Source: Candidatus Poribacteria bacterium
GTDB taxonomy: Bacteria; Poribacteria; WGA-4E; PCPOR2b
Reading direction: 5' to 3'
Length of the DNA stretch: 64,000 nt
NCBI GenBank assembly: GCA_965218095.1
Contig: OZ244587.1
Coordinates: 1,056,001-1,120,000 of the forward strand
The notes under the pieces are model-generated. The model was given only the letters and a program-made list of their open reading frames with translations. It made no database searches and was not told the DNA's origin. Below are positions 11,467 to 22,495 of this stretch, piece after piece (position 1 is the first letter of the stretch; each line of letters begins with the position of its first letter). Position numbers and translations under genes: made by a program.

Positions 11467-13960
11467 TGTACTGCCATCGGAAATTTAGCCCATTGTCTAA
11501 ACCAAGATTGTGATACAATGACAGTCAGATTGAAAGGAGAATCCGATGGCAAAACGAAGAAGATTCACACCCCAATTTAAGGCGGAAGTCGTTATTGAGG
11601 CACTTACCAACCAAAGTTCACAAGCGCAACTCTGTCGACAGCATAACCTCAGCGAAGAACAACTATCAAAGTGGAAACACCAACTCCTTGACAACGCAGC
11701 GATTCTCTTTGAATCCACTGATAAGCAATCCAACGACTCTAAAGAGCGGATTGCTCAACTGGAGCAACTCCTCGGTCGATTGACCCTGGCATTAGACATC
11801 CAAAAAAAGCCTCGACTTGGCTGACTTGAATCGGTTTCAAAAGTGACAGATGGTTGAGGCTTTACAGACCGATTACTCGGTTCGACACATTTGTGAGGTT
11901 CTCGGCTTCAATCAGTATAATGGTCCCCAATATTCGGGCCAGGAGTTAAGTAAGAAATAACGTCTAACTCCCGTCCACCAATGGAGGTCTGAATATGTCA
12001 ACCAAACGGATTCGGCATACTGCCAAATTCAAGTTTCAAATAGCCGTTGAAGCCATCAAGCCCGATAAAACTATCAACCAATTGGCAAGCGAGCATCAGT
12101 TGCACCCAAGCCAAATCAGCCAATGGAAGAAACAGTTGCTTGAACAAGGTAGCGATATTTTCGCTACCAACCCGACCCAGCGACAGCGTGAGCAAAATGA
12201 CAGGGAGTCGAGCCTGTATGAGCAAATGGGGCGGTTGAATATGGAACTCGACTGGTTGAAAAAAAAAGCTGCCTCAAGCCGCTGAACAGAGACGGGCACT
12301 CGTTGAACCCGACCACCTGAAACTGAGTATCCGTCGTCAGTGTGAATTACTCGGTTTTTCCCGGTCAACCCTCTACTGTCAACCGGCTACAGAGTCAGCA
12401 GACAATCTGCATCTGATGAGATAAATAGATGAGCAGTATCTGCAAACCCCTTTCTATGGGAGTCGTCGAATGACACAACATCTTAAGCGGCTTGGCTACC
12501 GTGTGAACCGCAAACGCATCCAGCGACTGATGCGTTTGATGGGTATAGAAGCGATTTATCCCAAACCCTCAGCCATCAACAGCGAGCATCGGATTTACCC
12601 ATACCTATTACGGGACTATGAGGTGACCGCTGCCAATGAGGTCTGGTCGGCTGACATTACCTATATCCCGATGGATAAAGGGTTTATGTATCTGGTGGCG
12701 ATACTCGACTGGTATAGTCGTTACGTCATCACTTGGGAGTTATCCAATAGTCTATCAGGGCAGTTCTGTCTCGACGCTTTGCATCACGCATTATCTGGGG
12801 CAACCCCCATCATCTTCAATACTGACCAAGGTGTCCAGTTTACAGCCAATGCTTTCACCGATACGGTCGAAGCCGCTAGTATTGCTATGAGTATGGACAG
12901 CGTGGGGAGAGCCATTGACAACATTTACATTGAGCGGTTTTGGCGAAGCGTCAAGTATGAAGATGTTTATCACAAACTTTACCAAACAGGGCAAGCCCTG
13001 TTTGATGGATTAACTCAATATATCCGTTTCTATAATCAACAGCGACCTCACCAGAGTCTAAATTATGCTACCCCGGCTGAGGTCTATCTGAGCTAAAGCA
13101 GTGTCAGTTTATCTCAAATATCTTACTTATTTTTCCTGTATTTTGGCCTCGACAATGGGTCCACTTTACAGAGCAGTCTCTATTATCAATCTAAAAGCGA
13201 CCCCTTAGAGCCAGTGCTACGAGATGAAATCGAAAAACTATCTGCCCGTTATCCGAAATATGGCTATAGGCGTATCACGCAGTTGCTGTTGCGTATGGGA
13301 TACACGGTCGGTTACCGACGCATCGCCCGATTGATGAAAGCGGATAATCTGTGGGTCGCCGTAAAATGTGGCAGTCAAACCACCCAATCGTTTGACTGTG
13401 TTGGTCAATCGGTCAATCGGGTTGAGAATCTTGACATCTGTCGAAGCAATCAAGTTTGGGTCGGTGATATCACCTATGTCCGACTCAAAGGACAATTCGT
13501 CTATGTTTCGGTGTTAATCGATGTCTTGACCCGAATGATAAGAGGTTGGCAGATGAGTCGGCACTTGACACAACCTCTCACATTAAGACCGTTGCAACAG
13601 GCATTAAGCCAAAGCATTCCAGAAATTCATCATAGCGACCAGGGAGTTGAGTATCTTCCGACAGCCTATATTTCCACGCTTATTGGTCATGGGGTTGAGA
13701 TTTCCTTAGCGCATTGGGGGCGTCCGTGGGAGAACGGCTATGCTGAGAGGCTGATAAGAACCCTCAAGGAGGAAGAGGTCCATCTCAATGACTACGATGA
13801 TATAATGGATGCCAGAGCGCGAATCGGTCATTTTATTGGACAGGTTTATAACCAGAAACGACCTCACTCGGCGTTAGGGTATTTGACGCCAGTTGAATTT
13901 GAGCAAAAACACTTGTCTTAACTTTGATGATTTCTGGTCTAAATTAACGTTGGCACTTCA
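11467..13960 (+). mobile_element. IS3-family element (outer), interrupted by a second IS3
   Basis: IRs TGTACTGCCATCGGAAATTTAGCCCA / TGGTCTAAATTAACGTTGGCACTTCA. orfA 11546-11824; orfB remainder 13172-13921 (WVGDITY, HSDQG, ENGYAE). Confidence 0.88.
11916..13168 (+). mobile_element. IS3-family element (inner), orfB with in-frame stop
   Basis: Imperfect IRs TATAATGGTCCC / GGGTCCACTTTA and 3-bp duplication CAG. orfA 11995-12285 ends at an A9G slippery site; orfB to 13096 has TAA at 12422. Confidence 0.88.
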
Positions 13961-14170
13961 CTCGGTTGCCGACGCCTTTGAGTGCAAAGAGTAAGGCGAT
14001 GGTAACCCCTTCAGAAGGATAGAGATTGGCTTGGGTATGCTTTTGGTTTTTCTGGTGTTATGTGAGTTTATCATCTACACAACAGAACAATTGTGTGATA
14101 AAATCTATAATGGTCATGAGTTTGGATTTCCTCCCGTTAATCAAGAATTGTCTAACACTTAGATTAACGG
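13961..14170 (-). pseudogene. IS982-like transposase 5' end truncated by IS3
   Basis: Translates MTIIDFITQLFCCVDD...ANLYPSEGVTIALLFALKG with one stop; probable terminus ACCGTTAATC. Confidence 0.6.
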
Positions 14171-14267
14171 TAGAATCGAGGAAACCGTCTCATGACCCTA
14201 ATCCAACAAGAACCAAAGCAAAGCCAAGGTGTTCTGTTATGTCCATTGACTTCCAAATTCCAAACTA

Positions 14268-15086
14268 GGTTCTGTTGACATTTCAAGGGAGCCATATAAG
14301 AGTGGAGACAAAGCTGAGAAATCCAAAATAACGGATAGATAACTTCTCAAACCGAGAGAAGATGCGGCGATACCATTTTATCTTGTTAATGAAACATTCA
14401 ACCCGATGTCTCTCTTTGTACAGATGTTTGTCGTAATCTCTTTGATCCACACGATGACTTTTGGGCGGTATCACCGCAATCGCTCCATTCGCCTCAATAA
14501 CCGCGATAAAATTGTCGGAGTCATATCCCTTGTCTCCAATCACATACTCGCTTTTATATCCAAGTATCAACGCTTCTGCTTCCGCTATGTCGTTTCTTTG
14601 ACCGGGCATCAGATGTATTCTTAGTGGATTACCCAGGCCGTCAACGGTGATGTGAATTTTTGTACTGAATCCCCCGCGAGAGCAGCCTAACGCTTGGTTT
14701 TCAGTGCCACCCTTTTTTTTCGGCACCCGCCGCAGACGGGTGCGCTCGAATGATTGTACTGTCCACAATAAGCGACTCGATATCGGGGTCAGAGGCGAAG
14801 TGGTGGTGCATCTGTGTGAAGCCCCCTTTGTCGCACCACCGAGCAAAACGCTTATAGCGGGTGTTCCATTTACCATAGGTGTCTGGCAGAAGTCTCCATT
14901 GAGCACCGCTACGGGTCGCCCAGAGAACAGCTTCGATAAAGCGGCGTGTTGTCGCTTCGTTGCCAACATAGATGGTGGGACAAGTTAGAAGAAACGAGTA
15001 TATCTTTTTCCATTGGTCATCGGGTAAGGTTATTGGCATCATTCTTCTATTATGCCACAACCTTATACTCAAATGTCAACAGAACC
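14268..15086 (-). mobile_element. IS5-family element, copy 2
   Basis: Same IRs as copy 1. 1 bp shorter at the frameshift window (GCC-G-A8 instead of GCC-TT-A8). Confidence 0.93.
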
Positions 15087-15118
15087 TAGCACCATTGGTT
15101 AATATGTTCTAAGTAATT

Positions 15119-16223
15119 GAGGGGTGCTCATAAGTAGACTTGAGTCAGGATAACGGTTATAATCTAATCTAACGTGCAAGAAAGAGAGGATTATAACATG
15201 GGTTATCCTGACAGTACGTATTATATCACATTTTTGTTTGAACAACTTGACCATTTCAACGCTTCCAGCCATGCACCGCCACCTGAGAGCCATGGACGTC
15301 CGAAATCGTATACAGACGACTGCTTGATTGTCCTTTTTGCCATCTTAACGCTCAAAGGCCTCCATCGCTTTAAGGCACAACACAGATGGCTCAAGCTACA
15401 CCCGCAGTGGCTGTGTCGTCTTAAACTGGCATGTGTTCCGTCTCGGGCAACCCTTTGCCGACGCTACAAACAACTCGCTTACCAGCTAGAGGCGTTCATC
15501 GGGTATCTCGGTGATGTGGGAATGACTTTGATACCTGACTCACCTCCAGAGGTGGTTTACCAAGACAAAAGTCTGTTTAAGGCAAAAGGAAGCGTCTGGC
15601 ATCAGAAGGATAGAAATGCCAATCGCATCCCAACTGGCATCCGTGCCATTGACACAGACGCCAGTTGGTCAAAGAGTCACTATCACGGTTGGGTTTACGG
15701 CTATGGGCTTCATCTGACCGTCTCTATAGAGGGATTGCCTCGTATGAGTGCCATTGACACCGCGTGTGTGAGTGAAAAAGCCGTCCTTGACCGACAACTC
15801 GACACACTGCTTGAACAGAACATCGGGTATTTAGTCGCTGATGCCGGCTATACCGACTTGAAACGTACCCAACACTTGGCGAACCAGGGACTGTTGCTAA
15901 TCACTCCCGTCAGAGGCGCAAAGAGTCAGCGGGCACGGCGTTATGTTGAAGCGGTGAATCAATCGGCGCAGTTGCAGACCTATCAACACAAGCGCAAGGT
16001 TGCTATTGAACCTATCTTTGGATTGTTGAGCCAATTACTATCGACCCATACCAATCATAAGCAATTGCCGGTGAGTCGAAAAGCGAATGTCTCTACCTTT
16101 TTGATGCTGGGGGTGGTTTTACTGCAACTGGCTATGTTAGTCAATTCTATTTGGGGAAGACCCCTGAGAAATGTAACACATCTGATTACACTCTTTCGAT
16201 AAGGGGACTTATGAGCACCCCTC
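15119..16223 (+). mobile_element. Intact IS with DDE_Tnp_1-type transposase (CDS 15198-16202)
   Basis: Perfect 17-bp IR GAGGGGTGCTCATAAGT and 8-bp target duplication AAGTAATT. YGYGLHL, ADAGY and R..IE..F motifs. Confidence 0.9.
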
Positions 16224-16392
16224 AAGTAATTATGAATGCTCAATTATAAATTGGAAAAACCCGATCGGCATGCGGATTCTTGCCATTCATAATTTACTTA
16301 CGCTGGCATCGTCCCAGTCAATCTCTATTACGGGCATTATCTTCTCTCGCTTGTCGCACGCTTGCGTGGCGGAAGTCAATCTATTTCCTGCT

Positions 16393-17289
16393 TTAGATTA
16401 ATCCATGTTCAAGCAAGAGATCCCGCAATTCACTTTTTGCGGCACCGCTGACCGGCAGGAGGGGGCTCGTCATGTGCTCGCGGCAAACGCCCAGAATTTC
16501 CATGCAGGCTTTCAAGCAAGTCGGCGCGGCACCAAAACTGTAGAGTTTACTCAGTCCAAGTATCTGTTTCTGCAAACGATGGACTTCATCAATTTTTCGA
16601 TCTTTCGCCGCATTGTACAACTGAACCGCCGTTTTCGGATCGACATTTGAGATCGAGATGACGCCGCCTTCCGCCCCAAACGTGATCGCTGCGCCCGCCA
16701 TCGTGTAGGAACCAAGCAAGATTGAGAAGTCCTCGTCATCGCCAAGATAGGTCAACATTTTGAGGAAATTCGTCCAATCCCCGGAGCTATCCTTGATCCC
16801 CACGATATTTTCTTGCCCTTCCGCCAAATCGCGGACAACTTCCGGTGGGATTGCGGTCTTTACCATCACCGGAATATTGTAGATAATCACCGGTAGATCG
16901 GTGCTTTCAGCAATACTCTTGTAAAAAGCGATGATGTCAGCGTCGCTGTTTGATGGGTAGTAGTAGGGCGGCGTTGCCGCAACGGCATCAATCTTGAACT
17001 CCTGCGCCATTTCAATATTTTGGATGACCCGCTGGGTACTTGAATCCATCACGCCGCAGATAATCGGGACGCGCCCGCCAACCACGTTGACTGCGATCTC
17101 CATGGCACGTTGACGCTCCGCATTTGTCAGCGTCGTGAACTCGCCTGAAGTGCCTAACAGGTAGATACCGTGTATCCCGTTATCGATTAAACGGTTGAGA
17201 TGCTTCACAAACCCCAATTCATCAACGCGCTCTTTCTCGTCCAGGGGAGTTATCGTCGGTGTCAAAATGCCTTCAAATCTTATGTTCAT
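16393..17289 (-). CDS. Dihydrodipicolinate synthase/N-acetylneuraminate lyase family protein
   Basis: GTSGE, YNIP and GIKDSSGD motifs. Confidence 0.88.
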   Translation of the reverse strand: MNIRFEGILTPTITPLDEKERVDELGFVKHLNRLIDNGIHGIYLLGTSGEFTTLTNAERQRAMEIAVNVVGGRVPIICGVMDSSTQRVIQNIEMAQEFKIDAVAATPPYYYPSNSDADIIAFYKSIAESTDLPVIIYNIPVMVKTAIPPEVVRDLAEGQENIVGIKDSSGDWTNFLKMLTYLGDDEDFSILLGSYTMAGAAITFGAEGGVISISNVDPKTAVQLYNAAKDRKIDEVHRLQKQILGLSKLYSFGAAPTCLKACMEILGVCREHMTSPLLPVSGAAKSELRDLLLEHGLI

Positions 17290-17451
17290 GGTGTTGTCCT
17301 CCTTATTTTATCGAAAACGTGATTTGTTGATTTCCAGTAAATGTCAATAGCGTTCCAGAGAAAATAAGACTTAAACTTCCCTTTTTTAGGGTATTCACAA
17401 CGTTCTCCTTTCCTGGAAACTTTATCGGCAAGTCCACTCACATCAAGGGGT

Positions 17452-17768
17452 TCAAGGGCCTCTCCCTTCTCGCATGGCAATAATGCCGCGACTAAATTCG
17501 TTATCTTCAGGATTAATTCCTTGGTCGATCATGAGTTGCTGCAGCTTTCTAGCACCGATCAGTTTTCGCGGCTCGATTCCCATCTCTCTCATCACTCTAG
17601 CGAAGATTTTACGCTGCATGTCTTTGTTCCGCCGACCGAGTTCTATGAGGTCCAATGGTTTTTCGGATGCACCGGGCAGATGATGTTTAGACAGCGCGCG
17701 AATTTCCTCCCCGATCTGCCCGACGCGGTTTTCTTGTTGTATCGATCCAGAACTTTTTCAATTTCCAT
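17452..17768 (-). pseudogene. Small hypothetical (antitoxin-like) gene, frameshifted and separated from its RBS by an insertion
   Basis: MEIEKVLDRY... shifts into ...GINPEDNEFSRGIIAMRE. The original RBS (GGGAGG) now lies at about 19847-19852. Confidence 0.5.
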
Positions 17769-17896
17769 AAAACTTACGCACTTCAAACTGAAAAAGTCTC
17801 GTCCTGACTGTATCTTGAATCCTGAATCCAGATCAAGCTGTAAGATACAAGATGCAGGCAGACCTTGAACCCGAGAAATCAACTGCGTAAGTCCTA
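17768..17896. mobile_element. MITE with IS701-type ends
   Basis: TAAAACTTACGCA ... TGCGTAAGTCCTA; interior resembles 36153-36292 in reverse orientation. Confidence 0.75.
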
Positions 17897-19321
17897 AGAA
17901 AGTTGAGAAGAAAGGTTTAGAGGATTTCGAGGATCTATCACTACTTCTCCATCAAAGATTCCTTGCCATCTCTGGAATAGCTTTTTGAAAAATGCGTTTT
18001 CTTCCAACGCAGCATCTATCAATGCACAAGTCTGAGGGACATCCTCCAAACTACCGCCAACCTTTGTATGAAATAACCACGGCTGTGCATGATAAAAGAG
18101 GGACATAGCAACGTAATGCGTTGCTTCTACCACCAAGCGTAGTACGAAGCGGCGCATAAAAGCATCAGATGTAATTTTATCTCCACATCTTGACTTTCGT
18201 ATTGCGAGGTAACGATTAGTCACTGAGACAACATCCGACCAACACATCCTAGGCATTCTAATAATTAAATGTACCAGATCCATTTCTGGTCCTCCGATAT
18301 TGATCCCAGGTAGGTCTATGAATTTGATTTTTCCATCATGGAGAAACAAATTCTGACCATGGAGGTCTCCATGGATCAAACCTTCTATGCCTATATCAAT
18401 CTCAGATTCAAGTTCCTCAATTTGCTGATACCATATATTGATGAAAGCATCGCTCTCTGGTCTTTTTGGAAGTTTGCCGAAGGCCTGAAGTAAAGTTCCA
18501 ATTGGTGCAATCCATCGTATGTGATTGATTTCAACCACTCCAACCCGACGTATCAGATTCTCTGGGATGTAGGTGAGATCGGTTAAATGAAATTCAACTA
18601 GGGCTTCCAAAATCAAATCGAGATAAGTTGAGACATTTGTACCAGTTTTTGTCAGATTTGTTTCAAAAGATTCGCCTAAATCTTCCAAGTACAACGTTTC
18701 AGATTTATCATCTGCGTAATATTTGGGGAAATGTAAACTTTGACTAGACAAGTATTTATAGGGTGCACAATCACGAAGGTATGTTCCAGATGGGGCTCCG
18801 TGGTAGACCTTCGCCACAAGGCTTGTCTCCTCTGAATTCGATTGGATGGTTAGCCGAAAAACACGACCAGCATACAAATTGCATATCCGATAATATTTTA
18901 TTGCGTGTTGCGGGTGTCCTTGAATATGTGCTATGGCAGACTCAACGGACTCAAGTTTGAAGTCTGGCAACTTAGGTTGCACTTCCACTTTCACCTCGCG
19001 ACTTAAAACAATAACATTCCAGCTTCCCGGATTTGCAATTTTAATGGTGTCAACAATAAATGTTTGTGTTTCATTTGGCATCAACTCCAACAAGGTTCTT
19101 GCTGCAAGTGACGGCATGTCCATCAAATCGCGGCAAATCATGAAAACTGGCACAACTTCAGATGCTCGTTGGTTCGTGGGATTATGGATGTCTATTTCTA
19201 TACGAACCGTCTCCTTTGGCCTCACTCTAGCAGGGATGATACGAACATTCTTTACTATTAATGGTATTCCAATCTCCCTGCTGCTCTGAGTTCGGGAAGG
19301 TACCTCAGTGTAATTTTTCAT
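17894..19321 (-). CDS. Ig-like (CARDB-like) domain fused to aminoglycoside-phosphotransferase/choline-kinase family domain
   Basis: N-terminal VRIEIDIHNP...LELMPNETQT...PGSWNV beta-sandwich pattern; VAKVY, LYLEDLG, HGDLHGQN and FIDL motifs. AT-rich relative to flanks. Confidence 0.7.
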   Translation of the reverse strand: MKNYTEVPSRTQSSREIGIPLIVKNVRIIPARVRPKETVRIEIDIHNPTNQRASEVVPVFMICRDLMDMPSLAARTLLELMPNETQTFIVDTIKIANPGSWNVIVLSREVKVEVQPKLPDFKLESVESAIAHIQGHPQHAIKYYRICNLYAGRVFRLTIQSNSEETSLVAKVYHGAPSGTYLRDCAPYKYLSSQSLHFPKYYADDKSETLYLEDLGESFETNLTKTGTNVSTYLDLILEALVEFHLTDLTYIPENLIRRVGVVEINHIRWIAPIGTLLQAFGKLPKRPESDAFINIWYQQIEELESEIDIGIEGLIHGDLHGQNLFLHDGKIKFIDLPGINIGGPEMDLVHLIIRMPRMCWSDVVSVTNRYLAIRKSRCGDKITSDAFMRRFVLRLVVEATHYVAMSLFYHAQPWLFHTKVGGSLEDVPQTCALIDAALEENAFFKKLFQRWQGIFDGEVVIDPRNPLNLSSQLS

Positions 19322-19335
19322 CTTAATAATACAAA

Positions 19336-19831
19336 TAGAAGTTACGCACTTGGCTAGAAAATAGGTTATAATAACGCAAGTTGCTAGTTGAATATCCATG
19401 GGATTTTCTTTAGAGTATTTGCCACCCAACAAAACTCTTAAACAGGAGAATCCCATGGATCTAATTATTGTTCATCTGATGAAGGGATACGGATGGATTA
19501 AAGTTTTCAAGATAGTTTCCCCAAACGGCGACATTGAATACTGGGCAACCAGCGACCTATCAATGAACGAACTGTATCGACTCAAGTATGCCGAACTGTC
19601 TTGGGCAATTGAAGCATATCACCGAGGCGTCAAGCAATTGAAAGGTGCATGGATCGCAAGGCAGTTGCACAACGGAATCATATTGAGCTAGCATTGCAAG
19701 CGCTTCTACGTATAGAGCAACACTGTTTTTCGACAGGCATCAGTTGGTTTGAAGCAAAATTTTCGATTATCAGAAAAGCGGTGAGTGCCTATTTGGCTCA
19801 ACCACTTTACACTTTAACTGCGTAACTCCTA
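19336..19831 (+). mobile_element. Internally deleted IS701-family element
   Basis: Ends TAGAAGTTACGCA / TGCGTAACTCCTA; residual transposase GYGWIKVF...EYWATSD...WAIEAYHRGVKQ. Confidence 0.8.
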
Positions 19832-19928
19832 TTCCATTGTTTCGGGCCTCCCTATTTTTATGGTGAGGATCATGTGAAACGTAAAACCTCATGCGTAAAA
19901 TCTTCGCATTTACGTTTCATGTCTCACG

Positions 19929-20867
19929 TCAATGGTACTTCTTGAGCTCCTTGATTGCTTCCTGCACTTGCGCCGAAATTTCTGGCGGAACACGGGGATT
20001 AAATGGGCCTCCTGTGCCGCCCTCAATATCACTAAAGCCGCTGAGATTCATCGCTTCGACTACAGCTGAATAGTTATAAATCCGTTCGTTCATGAAACGA
20101 ATCTCTTCGAGCGCCGAGACATCTCCTTCGATCTGGCGCGACGTTTTGTAGTCGCTGCAACGTTGAGCATTGTTAATCTCGTCGGAGGCGCGAGCGCATA
20201 GCACGGCGAGCCCTGACGTATGCCCCTTGGCACCGAGCTCCGCCGGGCGCGTGCATCGATCGCCGATGCCCCAGATTACGATGCCGCTATTCCCCACGCC
20301 GTTGACCATTGGCTTGACATCCGCCACTTCCGTACCAATCTTCACGCCGACGAAGTGCGGCGAATCATTGAGCAGGCGGATTACAGCATCAATATTGCGT
20401 TTCTGGCGCAAGTAGTAGAGGAATCGCGCATTACAGGATTCACCATACTTTTCGCCAAACTTCATGTACTGTTCGTATACGCCCTCAGGGTTTGAGATCC
20501 CCGTCAAAGGCATCAATAAATACACATCTGGCGGACGCGGAAGATTGGATTGTGATTCAACGAGTTTTCCTGCTGTGGCAATCGGATTCGGTACAATACC
20601 GGACATCAGGATGCCATCTTGACCCATCTGGCGTCCAGTCACATCAAGTACACGAATCTGCTCTTTCTCGCTGATGTGATAGACGAGGCTCGTTCCCGCA
20701 ATCGCAATCACGCGCTCCCGATCGCCCTCCAGATAGTTGTTCTGCATCAGGTAGTTGATATTTTTCGCATGCCCCGCGTAGTCGATCTCGCCACCATCAA
20801 AGGGGAGGATTGGAATGGCTGTCACGCAATCCAAAGCGTCTAAAAGGGTTGGGATGCCAATAGACAT
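19929..20867 (-). CDS. DHDPS-like (class I aldolase) family protein
   Basis: TAIPILPF...IDY, AGTS and GVKIG motifs; RBS AGGAG before MSIGIP. Confidence 0.7.
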   Translation of the reverse strand: MSIGIPTLLDALDCVTAIPILPFDGGEIDYAGHAKNINYLMQNNYLEGDRERVIAIAGTSLVYHISEKEQIRVLDVTGRQMGQDGILMSGIVPNPIATAGKLVESQSNLPRPPDVYLLMPLTGISNPEGVYEQYMKFGEKYGESCNARFLYYLRQKRNIDAVIRLLNDSPHFVGVKIGTEVADVKPMVNGVGNSGIVIWGIGDRCTRPAELGAKGHTSGLAVLCARASDEINNAQRCSDYKTSRQIEGDVSALEEIRFMNERIYNYSAVVEAMNLSGFSDIEGGTGGPFNPRVPPEISAQVQEAIKELKKYH

Positions 20868-21079
20868 AGGGTTTCTCCTATTGGTTTGAATCAAAGTGGC
20901 ATTTTTTGGTCTGCAAACAATTTTATGGATGGACTAAGTTTAGCAGAATTTTCGCGCGATGTCAATGGGAGAAGTTTGAGGAATTTGGTTTTCTTTCGCA
21001 GCATAAAAAAATCCTTGCGTAATAGGCAGGGCTGAACAGCGGGGGTTCAATCTTGTAGATGTAACGAGAATCATCTGCG

Positions 21080-22115
21080 TCACGGCACGATCCAATCGCT
21101 AACAACCTCTACCCCATTTTTAGCTTCATCCGAGAATGTGACGATGTAACACCCCTTCAATGCAAACCGTTGACCAGGACCAAGACTCAAATGTGGAAAG
21201 ACGCCAGGATTGAGCACGTTCTCCGTTTCATGTTCGATGCTCTCGATGAAATAGTCTCTGGAGAAGTTGTCCACAAGGTAAACAAGCGAGTGATCAGCGA
21301 TTGAGAGTGCAAAATGGGTATTGATGGGTATTGAACTGTATACGTTCATGGGTTCGCTTGCCCCCTCTGGAACGCAGCCAGGCTCTGACCCGATAACGCC
21401 GGGGTATCTCCTGTTCGGGAGCAGCAAAGGGGTAGGTGAAGTAGACCTTGTCGTGAAATTCCTTTGGTAACGCCGGGGGCATCTCCTGTAGCAAGTTATA
21501 TGAGAGATAGATCTGTTGAATTCCCCCTGTGGCGTCCAGTGCAAACGCTAGCCCTTCCAAATCCACATCTTCGAGCCACAGAACGAGCACGGAGGGCTGT
21601 GCGTCTTTGAGCAGATTTTCCCAGAGGACAGATGCAAGTCTCTGGGGGCCTTTGATCATCCGGTCCTGCAGATGTGTAATCCCGTGGTCTCGAAGTGCTC
21701 GCCGAAACGCTTGGGCAAGCACACTTGTATACGCCGGGCGCATTCGCAGCGCCCTTACTTTCGCCGAGACGTGTTTTGGCTGGACATCCTGATATAGCTT
21801 TCCGAATAGATCGGCCCGCCGCAACTACCCGTCTTGGTACAGCTACGGATCTATCACGGGCAGTACAAATGCTGCGCCCTTACCCGAGCCAAAGCCACTC
21901 CTCCGATAGCAACTTGCGCAATTGAACTGGGTTCCTTCAATCGTTATACCCCCAAGCAGCGTAGCGCGAATCGGTTTGCCGGAGGGCAGGATACCTTCAC
22001 GATAAATTCGCTTTCCCAATTCGGCGTCTGAAGCAGACGCGGCGCTCAGGGGAATGTAACTGAGCGTTAGGAGTATCAGGAGCGTCAGGAGTGTCAGGAT
22101 TGGAAGGGAGGAAGA
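21080..22115 (-). pseudogene. Cytochrome c / periplasmic binding protein fusion, degraded
   Basis: GKRIYREG..PSG, CASCY (degenerate CxxCH) and FPHLSLGPGQRFA.KGCYIV across three frames. Confidence 0.6.
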
Positions 22116-22495
22116 ATAGAAGATTGGGCGCCAAGCCTTCCATTCTTCCATTTTTCTGACCCTTTGCTTTCCTCGATGGATCAGAATACAACCATATCTA
22201 CCATCGCTTGATTGCTCATTTGCCCATTTTTACCTCGGCATCAAGATAGGACCTTCATGGTCCAGCACTGAGACCAGAGGAGCTTCAGCACCCTAGCATT
22301 ACAAGGGGATCGTAGGCTGCAACCAAACGGACGTAACGTACATGCGTTGGCGCCTGTTGGTGGTAGGTGTGTTCGTTGTCGGACTGCTGCTTTGTGTCTG
22401 TGTGTGTTGCTTTACAGGCGGGAAATAAGATAAGTGCAAAAAAAAGGAGAGTGATGCCAAAGTGTAACACAATGTTAGAATGCCACACATTAGAT

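Noticed and set aside
19322-19456. N-terminal extension of the 520-aa ORF
   Set aside because: It reads through the IS701 remnant end and is unlikely to be part of the real protein.
22068-22175. ORF start MEEWKAWRP...LTLLTLLILL as a real signal peptide
   Set aside because: The hydrophobic run derives from 9-bp and 8-bp simple repeats (CAGGAGCGT, CTTCCATT) within a degraded gene.
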